Shown here piece after piece: positions 54,939 to 64,000 of a stretch of DNA of 64,000 nucleotides. The stretch comes from Eledone cirrhosa (taxonomy: Eukaryota). The translations under genes were made by a program, and so were the position numbers. The notes under the pieces are model-generated. The model was not told the origin of the DNA, ran no database searches, and saw only the letters and a list, made by a program, of their open reading frames with translations. The stretch lies in assembly GCA_964016885.1 (NCBI GenBank), contig OZ024740.1, positions 246,760,001 through 246,824,000 of the forward strand. The letters are read 5' to 3'. How positions within the stretch are numbered: position 1 is the stretch's first letter; each line of letters starts with the position of its first letter.

Positions 54939-56117
54939 TGTATATGTAATATGGTCTTAAATATTCACCAAAAGACGGCGTTGTCATGGCAAAAATACTT
55001 TTGATTATGAGTATGTTCGATCAGCCTTGACGTGAGTCAAAACAACGCCACCACCACCATCAACAACAACAACATCGACATAATTTTACCGTCTTGCCGA
55101 GTGCCCCTCATTCGATTTGACTTTTAGTTCGTAGCCCCCGAGGGAACATCTACGCAGTAATTCGACCTGCTAGAAACAAGAGCCAAATCTCCCTCAAATT
55201 ACATCCTGATGTATTTATAGTACACTTGAGTGACTGAGGGAACCACTACGTGGTCACCCTGTTGGCTAGAAATAGTAGCCAAACTTCCTCAAACATACCC
55301 TACCGTCTTTAATATAGAAGAATACATTTGTGTCAGTGAGGGAACTACAACGTGGTCACACTGCCGGCTAAAAATACCTCTCAAATTACCCCACCCCCTC
55401 CCACAATGAAAAAAAAATGAATATATTAAACAATGTACTGCCCAAAATGACGGGTTAGTTACAGATGGAATTCCTTTGTACATAGGTATGTGGATCAGTG
55501 TGGATCCAGGATCCACATAAACAAAAACAATAACAGAGGACATATTGAACAATGTAGTCCTTACAGGATGATCACATTTACTTGTAGTGCCACTGAATCA
55601 GATAACATGGTAAACAACAACATCATATACTATATCGAGTTGTCAGTTAACAGTTTAATGAGATTAATTGATTGTTTTAGCTAATTATTCGATATTCACG
55701 GAATAATCTATAAATGAAATAACAATGACTTCTTATCCATAGTGCGGTTGTATCTGTTAAACTACACATACATTTGTCGGAACAACATGTACAATTTCAT
55801 TATTACAAATTCGTTTCGCATATAGAGTATCGTTTTCATGGACGCCTGGAATGCATAACGCAGCTTGAATGGTACTAATACTGTCGCTTGGCATATATAA
55901 ATCACTATATTGTGTGTGTCCCTTAGGAAGTTCAAATAAATCAAATGCGTGGTTTTTACTCCTGTCAATTTTAGGAAACGACGCTGTGAGAATTTTAAGG
56001 TTAAACAGAAATAAGATCATTCAATATATCTTTTTCATCTTGCAAGTATTGATTCACATGAAATACATACATACATATATGGTTTACTAAATTGTTGTGG
56101 AATTACCCCCCCCCCCC

Positions 56118-56186
<69 letters not shown>

Positions 56187-56214
56187 TATATATATATACA
56201 CACACATATATATA

Positions 56215-56300
56215 CTAGCAGAGATACCCGGCGTTGCCCAGGAATGAATATTAGAAAAAAGCAAAACATGTAATATAGAAATTAGTTATTCTAAATTCCA
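56215..56300 (-). mobile_element. Helitron-like 3' end fragment
   Basis: actagcagagatacccggcgttgcccagg, similar to the terminus at 22018. Confidence 0.5.
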
Positions 56301-56529
56301 TTTATTTTTCAATTGATGGGAGATTCAACATGTGTACGCTTAAATGTAATTCCCAGAAAGGTAATAACTGTTATGATGGCGAGCGGGTTGAAAGCTACCT
56401 TTAAGATTGTTATTATGGATTTTTTTCTTTTGTTTTTGTTTCCTTCTTTTTACATGCAGAAACCCATATTTCTGTTCTCAGCAAGCATACTTTTTGGAGT
56501 GTTCCAAAACAGAGGGGTGGGCTGATCGT

Positions 56530-56935
56530 CTTTAGCCAGCCGTGGAAACTCTTCACGATTGTACCCAATTCTCCAATGATGTTGGGGACGATCTTGATCT
56601 CAAGACAGTTCCAAATATTTTTCAGTTCCCACTTCAGGTCCTGAATCGGTTAATTTTTTCCCTCTCCTTTTCCTGTACCCTTGTGTCGAAGTGCCAAGCT
56701 ACATCTATAATCAAGCACGTTTTCTTTTTGTCGAAAACCACCAAGTTAGGCCTATTGTGTACTAATTTTTTTATCAGTTTGTATTCTGAAATCACAGAAC
56801 ACCTTCGACCGGTCGTTTTCCATCACCAATTCTGGCTTATGTTTATACCACCTCTCAGCGTGGGGTAAACCGTTCAATTTTCACAAATGCCAGTAGATAA
56901 CTTTCCCTATAATATCATGCCTTAGGTCCTTTATA
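56530..56935 (-). mobile_element. Degenerate R4/Dong RLE fragment related to 5-658
   Basis: RHDIIGKVI, HKPELV, DFRIQTDKK, HNRPNLVV and HFDTRVQEKEREKIN motifs. Confidence 0.8.
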
Positions 56936-56979
56936 ATGAGTATGGGCCAGGAGTTTACGCGATGTAAGCCACAGTCTCC

Positions 56980-59065
56980 CCTCTCTCTCTCTCCAAATAT
57001 CCTACAAAGCGGGCTAGCTTCCTCCTTGTCAATTAGACTGGAATGTCTTCAGGCGCTCACAGCCCTCGACCAGTCGGGCGCTGCGATCGGTGGAAACTCC
57101 ACCTTGGTGTTCTATAGAGGTTTAATGAAGGGAAAGAGCGACGACGTCCATGGGGAGACTCTGGGCGTCGATGAAAATCAACCAGCCAATCTCTTCGAGA
57201 GAAATTTTGGGCATCATGAGTATAAGAAAGGAAAATTGGTAAGGTTCAGGGATGGAGCTAAAAATCTAAGCAGACCACGAGAGCATAGAGGCTATCCCCG
57301 AGGTGATCGACCTTGACGACGGCAGCCACCTACCCGTGACTATCGAAGGTAGGCGCCAAAGATGTCACGGGTGCGGTGACAAAACGCACCTTAAGGCCTT
57401 CTGCCCCAAACTCACCAAGGTGGGCACGCGCTTCCCCCTTCTCCCTACGCCGTACCCTGCGACTGGAGTGGCCAAACAACCTGAAGCCGCAGTGGTGGAA
57501 AAAACTACCAACACCAACGACACCAACGACAAAAACACCATCTCCACCACCAACAGTGCCAACAAGACCAATGGAGAGCATGTCCCTTCTCAATATCGCC
57601 AAATCGGACAGGGAATGTGATGACGCTGAAGGGTGGAAAACAATGCAAAAGAAAAAAAAACGAGGTAGAAAAACAAAAAAAGAATGAAGAAGTCAACGAT
57701 CCCACCGCCATCAACAACAATAATCACACCCCCCACCACTAGCTACACCATCACCACCATCATCACCGCCACCGCCACCACCACCACCATCACCGCCACC
57801 ATTATCATCTACCCCATCGTCAGCTCCAGCAACACGACAGCAAACACAGAAAGCACCAACATCCCAAAAGCAGACACAATGCTCAGCTATAGACAGACAA
57901 CACAATGCTTTTAAATTACATTCAACACCACACCAACATCACAGAAACAAACTACATACAGACCACCAAAATTGCACCCCTACACACATAAAAATAATTG
58001 AAATCACTCAAGAAAATTGCGTAACATCAAAGAAAAAGTTCCCTGCGTCAATTGGAGACTATCGAGTGAATCTCACCAAAAGAATATACTCAGACATTCT
58101 CGTGGAGAAATCCACCACTGGTCGGAGGGATGAATCACCCAGTCCCTTCCTAAAAAAGACCCACAGGTAAAGTTTGTTTACTTTTCCCCTCTCACTTGTT
58201 TTCCTTCTATCTTAGCCAACATGGCTTCTCTCAGGATAGGCAGCATAAATGCAGGTGGCCTGTGGTCGTCTTGGAAGTAGGCTCATCTGCTCAATGATCT
58301 TAGGTCGCTAAACATAGATGTGGTGGCCATCAGCGAGACCAGTATCTCCGAGGCACGGGCATTCACACCCATTTTCGGCGGCTACGAGGTGTACACATCT
58401 CCAAGGCATCCTGGATCTCCCGGCGTCTGGAGACCTTTCTTGGAAGGTCCCGCTCTTTAGTGTTAGTGGGCGACTGGAACGAGATCTTAGATGCCTGCTG
58501 GAACTGTGTGGGATTAGCGGATAGGGGAGGAGAGTGTAAAAGCCTCGCAAACCTGCACAGACGTTTTCAACTGTCTGACAGGTACCGTGTGGATTTCCCG
58601 AATGTGCCAATGTGGACATGGACAAACCATATCGGGTCATTCAGATGATATCTAGATGGGGTATTTTATAGGGAAATAGATAGGTCTGGCATAGGCTGTC
58701 CACAATTCAAGATAGTCGACTGCACGGACCACAAATTCGTGATCTGTGTGGTTGACTTAGATAGGCTTCATAGACAGGGACCCGGCTATAACAGCGCGTA
58801 AAGCCTGCGGAGACTGGATTAGCGAATTAATTAAATGGGTGTTTACGGGGTCAGTCGTCAACAACAAATGGTGGTTTGCCCTGAAAAGAGCGATTAGAAT
58901 GGAGTCCATTAGGTTTAGTAAGACGTTAGTAATAGAGAAAAATAGAGTAGAGGGAGAACTAGTTAGTAAATTAGACGAGGCGCTTAATAAAAGGCATCGC
59001 GACCGACGTGCTTGCGTCGAAATTGGCCCTCAACCAATTTTTCAACGGAAAGCACGAATGGGTTA
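56980..59065 (+). mobile_element. Tx1/L1-clade LINE 5' part: ORF1 with zinc knuckle plus AP-endonuclease start of ORF2, degenerate
   Basis: VTIEGRRQRCHGCGDKTHLKAFCP; ORF2 from 58220 with MASLRIGSINAGGL..DVVAISET, VGDWNEILD, WTWTN and TDHKFV. Confidence 0.82.
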
Positions 59066-59752
59066 AAAAGCCCATTTCCCACCAATATAAAAAATGGCTA
59101 GTCCTTTGATTGATGAAAAGGATGAGTCAGCATTTTTAGAAGCTGTTGAAGCGAGTAGGGAGAATGACTTAGCAGTTTTCGTAGCATCAAACAAAACTAG
59201 AAATAGTTGTACCCACGAACACGACAAAAGCAACAACACCCATCAACAACCAAAACATAGTTGTTCCACTGAGGTTACATATATCGTTTAATCATAATAA
59301 TTATTTCTACGGTTCTCCATGCAATTGAGATGTCCTTCATGCATTTGCTGTTGATTATGAGAACGGTTTCCTCAGATGAAGATCGATATATTTGATACGT
59401 CGCTGGCAGGAAAACATACATCCTAATGCCTGTGCGCCCTGCATATATATATATATATAAACACACACACACACACACTCACTCACGTATATGTATATAA
59501 ACATACACACATGTATATATATATTTATATATATAAATGTATGTATGTGTGTGTGTCTGTGTGTGTAGATAATTCTATAAGTTGATAGAACAGCGGTAAG
59601 GCGTTCAGATATATAGTTTATTTTAATAATTCTGGCAATTCTAACTTTCCATAATATCCATAGAAAAATTTGTTTACAATTTACGGCTTAAATGTGTGGT
59701 TACGGAATACATCGAGCGATTAATAAACACTTTTAATGTTATATATATATAA

Positions 59753-61190
59753 CTAACAGCTGAGCCCGGTTGCACCCGGGGCCACTTTTTATTAAGTTAA
59801 TAATTTGAAAAATATTAGAAAGAAGCAGTTTCAGGAAAAAATAATAGAAATATGCACTTGCGGCTGGACGGCGTTCAATGAGAAGTGGAGCGACGTGAAG
59901 GTTTGTATGATAGTTTATACACTTTGATTGCCCTGGTCAGCAAGAGGGGCCTCTATATATTAGACGTTTATTAGAAGAGGGGGAAATGACTAACCCCAGT
60001 ATTAGAACAGGGGGTTCGCAATGTAAGGGTTTTATTTCTTTTGTTAGAAAACAGTGACCGTTTTCGGTTTGGCATTTCGTAAAATTGACTTTGAAAAATA
60101 CTACTTACTGATAGTGGTGGTTAACATGTATTAGAATTTAAAATGAAAATGATATCTGAAAAAACGTACTTGAGAACATGACTCCCTTCTTCGCAATTTA
60201 AGGGTTTTATTTCTTTTGATGGAAAACAGTGACCTTTTTGGGTTTGGCATTTCGTAAAATGGTACTGCAGAATTGATTTCATAAAACAGTACTGTATGTT
60301 AACAGCGAAAGAACGCTGCGAAAGGACGCAGTGAAAGAAATTGATGAGTTTAAAATTTTTATGAAATTGTAAATAAGACAATGAATATTGAATGTATTAG
60401 AACAGGGGGAAATAACTCAAGTTAATAATTTGAAAAATATTATTGAAAGTTTATTATAAAGAAGCAATTTCACGAAAAAAATAGAAATATGCACTTGGGG
60501 CTGGACGGCGTACAATGAGAAGGTAAGGGTTTTATTTCTTTTGTTAGAAAACAGTGGCCTTTTACGATTTGGTATTTCGTAAAATTCTACTGCAGAATAG
60601 ATTTCATAAAACGGTACTGTATGATCGTTATAGAAGTATTTAAATTTAATATAGAGCAACTATAATTGAAAAAATGAAAATAAAACGTACTGTAGAAGGC
60701 AACAGTTTATTAATCTGCATTTTCAAACTTGCATATCATCGACATTGCTATTTCGCTGTTAATAAACAACGCTTTTCACGTCGTTCCCCATCTCATTGTA
60801 CGCCGTCCAGCTCCAAGTGCATATTTCTATTTTTTTTTCCTGAAACTGCTTCTTTATAATAAACTTTCAATAATATTTTTCAAATTATTGGTACTGTATG
60901 TTAACAGCGAAAAAACGTTGATGAGTTTAAAATTTGTATGAAATTGTAAATAACTCATCCAAGTATTAGAACAGGGGGAAATAACTCACCGAACGCGATA
61001 GTAAATAGACCGTTTGGGGGCCCTAGGGACCACATTTTTCAAGTTAGAGATTTGAAACCTCGTCTATTTGCTTCCTTGGCACTTTTTACATAGGTGTGTA
61101 AATTTTCATGTCCGTCCGACCACGTCTATTACCATTTAACCGTGCACATCTGAATTTCAACCACCACCCATTTCACAAATATATATTAGA
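59753..61190 (-). mobile_element. Non-autonomous Helitron-like element with internal direct and inverted duplications
   Basis: Minus strand reads A|TCtaatatata ... cccgggtgcaaccggg hairpin ... TTAG|T; 60424-60521 is inverted at ~60790-60888 and repeated at ~59795. Confidence 0.75.
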
Positions 61191-61283
61191 TTGATCCCGG
61201 CGATTTCTTTATAAGGATATTGTAAACAATATCCAAAGGGAAAGAAACACGTATTAAGTGTTGAACTTGGTGACTCATTTATT

Positions 61284-61331
<48 letters not shown>

Positions 61332-61343
<12 letters not shown>

Positions 61344-61385
61344 GGTGCGTTATGGTCCACCTGGTTCCTTACCACATTTCCTCCG

Positions 61386-61428
<43 letters not shown>

Positions 61429-64000
61429 TACATATATAAATCATTAGACGTGTCCGTCGAACCTGCGGGTCCAGAATCAGACAGATCCACACAATGATCG
61501 CGTCTCGAGCTGTCCGCCGGCGAAACAATTGTAACACACAATTAAATTGAGCTAAGATGCTGTGGGTATGGTGTGGTATGCGGTGGCTGAGGCTGGGGAG
61601 TGCTCGACCGGAAGAGTGCTTGACCGGATGGGTGCTTGACCGGAAGAGTGCTCGACCGGAAGGGCCAGCAGGCCTGCCTCTCTCGAGGGTGGTCAACGAA
61701 CGTGGTGGACGTCAGTTTTGGAGCTCCCGGTTAACGAGTTGGATTGTACGCACTTGGGAGAGGAGAAACCAGCCATTGGATTAGCGGTGCCAGCGATAAG
61801 CGGTAAGTGAAGTAGCTTTTTCTAACCACAAGCTATTTCAGCACTGGAAACTGATATCTGATTGATAAAAAAAAAGAACATTCTCGAAAACAAAGCTACT
61901 GGAAAAACAGAGAGGAGTCTGTTGTTTTTTATTACTTACCGCAGGACAAAATTAGGATATGGTGACGAGATTACGAATGAGTGGAGAAGCGATTAGAGCA
62001 TTTACCGGTGAAGGTGATGTTGTCGCCTGGTTGCGAAAAGTCTGGATGGTTGCAAGCTTACAGAAGATAGAAGATGTGGCTGGCCTCATGGCACTGTACC
62101 TCGAAGGGGATGCGTTGGCACACTTCCTAGAGATGGATTAACACAGCCAAAGAGATGCGCAAAAGATTGAGAGGCGTATGATGGAAGCGTTCGCGGAAGG
62201 ACCGTTAGCCGCTTTTGCTAAGCTGGCAAGGATTAGATGGAACGGTGAACGCGTTGACATTTTCGGAAATACTGCGATTGGCCATGTTGGCTGGATATCA
62301 GGTAGAATGCGAACGCACGGTGCGGTTAGCGTTCATAAATGGATTTCCAGACGACATAGCGGTGAAACTGCAGCAAGTCCCGGGTTACAAGGAAATTAAG
62401 ATGCGTGCACTGGTGGAGCAAGCCCGCATCATAGCAGAAGATGCCAAGAAGAGTGTCGTGGCGATAGCAATGACAGAGGGCCAAGGCAACCGGCAGCAAC
62501 ATGGTGAAAGGGAGGCAACAACGGCACGCGGTCGCCCGCGAACGTTTAGAGGTCGCTCTTTTAGGTGCCAGGGCCCGCACAAGGCGAGAGACTGTAGAGA
62601 GTCAAGGCCGGACAATATGCTACCGGTGTAAGCGACCAGGCCATATCGCTACTATCCAAGGGGAACTACTGCGCCGGTAGCTGCCCCTTACGAGTAGAGG
62701 CGCTGCCGTGAGGGGAAAGCCACAGCGAGCCCTTGTGGACTCGGGCTGTACGACGACACAGGTAACCGCGGGGGTGGCGCAGAGGTGGAGAAGGAAGAGC
62801 AGCGTAAGGGCAGTCGACGGTAGGAAAATTGAATGCCGAGGTCGCAGCGAGGTGGATATGGCGGTACGGGGTAAGAAAATAAGGCTTTCTGCCATCGTAG
62901 TCGACAACGTGGTGGATGGGATGGGCGTAGTTATGGGCATGGACGCAATTGGCCGTCGAGGAGGCGTCACAGTGAACAACGTCGGTGTGTCGTTTGGCGG
63001 CGCTGCATCGCTATGCGCTGTGAGTACGCGACAGGAGAACCAGAAGGCTCGCGAGGAGAAATATCCCGCTTACACTGTACAGGACAAAGACTTCAAGGCC
63101 GTGTTCGATGGGCAACGATGGGTTGTTGTGTGGTACTGGAAAGGAGAACCACTAATACTGAAGACCAAAGTGGGCTGCTATCAACACACATTGAAGGGAG
63201 ACATTAGGAGCGAGTTCGAGCGAGAGGTAGAGAGATGGATTGAGGAGGGCATACTGCTTCCCTGGAAAAAGGAGGTGAAGTGCGGAGTATTGCCGTTAAT
63301 GGCGGTGGCGCAACCCACGAAGAACAAGGTGAGGCCGGTACTGGACTTTCGGGAGCTGAACGAGTACGTGTCATGTCACATGGGTGGCGAGGTCACGGAT
63401 GTCTGTGAGGAAACCCTGCGTGAGTGGAGACGCATGACGGGGGCTTCTGCAATCGTCGATCTGAAGTCGGCATACTTACAATTACACATAGATGAGAAGC
63501 TCTGGCAGTATCAGCTGGTCAGGTATAAGGGCCGGACATATTGCCTGACCAGGCTCGGTTTCGGGCTGAGCTCTGCACCGAAGATCATGGCGGCGGTCCT
63601 CAAGACCATTCTGGGAGAGGCCGACAAGATGAAGTGGGCCACTAATTCCTACATTGACGACATCCTAGTGGACGAGTCTGTAGTGTCGGCGGCGGAGGTC
63701 ACGAATCATTTACAGGGGTATGGACTGGCTGCGAAGCCGTCAGAAGCGTTGGAGGGAGGAGCCGCGCTGGGACTTAGGCTACGGCGACACAGGACGGGCG
63801 TGTTAGTATTCCAGAGGGGAAATGAAGTTCCAGAACTGGGACCAAGTATGAGGAGGCGGGAACTCTTCTCGGCGTGTGGAAAGTTGATGGGTCACTACCC
63901 GATTGCTGGGTGGCTCCGGACGGCCTGCTGCTATGTTAAGAGACGAGCGGGCGGGGTGACTTGGAGTGACAGAGTGAGAGAGAGGACGGTGGCCATGATG
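61332..64000 (+). mobile_element. Ty3/Gypsy-like LTR retrotransposon: putative 5' LTR, gag, protease and RT; frameshifted and truncated by the window end
   Basis: gag FTGEGDVVAWL..LYLEGDAL and knuckles CQGPHKARDC / CYRCKRPGH; protease ALVDSGCTTT; RT VRPVLDFRELN, VDLKSAYLQ, RLGFGLSSAP and SYIDD; LTR boundaries uncertain (~61332-61536). Confidence 0.88.

Noticed and set aside
61503-61540. GAAA-CAATTG-TA palindrome at the end of the putative Gypsy LTR
   Set aside because: The upstream 7-mer (GTCTCGA) does not fit the hammerhead core and there is no stem I

Overview
Repeat-dense, AT-rich eukaryotic DNA with no recognisable host gene; the SINE and microsatellite content suggests an octopod cephalopod (inference, not verified). 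It is a mosaic of transposons: four Penelope-like elements (PLEs; one nearly intact at ~24.3-28.1 kb, one on the minus strand at ~37.1-40.8 kb), R4/Dong-type RLE LINEs next to microsatellites, fragments of CRE, RTE, CR1-group and Tx1/L1 elements, a Gypsy LTR element running off the right end, a Chapaev3-like transposase remnant, non-autonomous Helitron-like elements and many copies of a young tRNA-type SINE. The most notable signal is about a dozen type I hammerhead ribozyme (HHR) motifs, folded by eye. They include U3:A8 core variants at a PLE 3' end and two full-length HHRs bounding a 634-nt retrozyme-like monomer. Most lie in short non-coding elements inserted in (TA)n/(CA)n tracts, which recur as fold-back palindromes, terminal direct repeats and nested tail-to-tail inverted copies. 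This looks like a microsatellite-targeting PLE/ribozyme-parasite system. Most short ORFs in the track are microsatellite artefacts.
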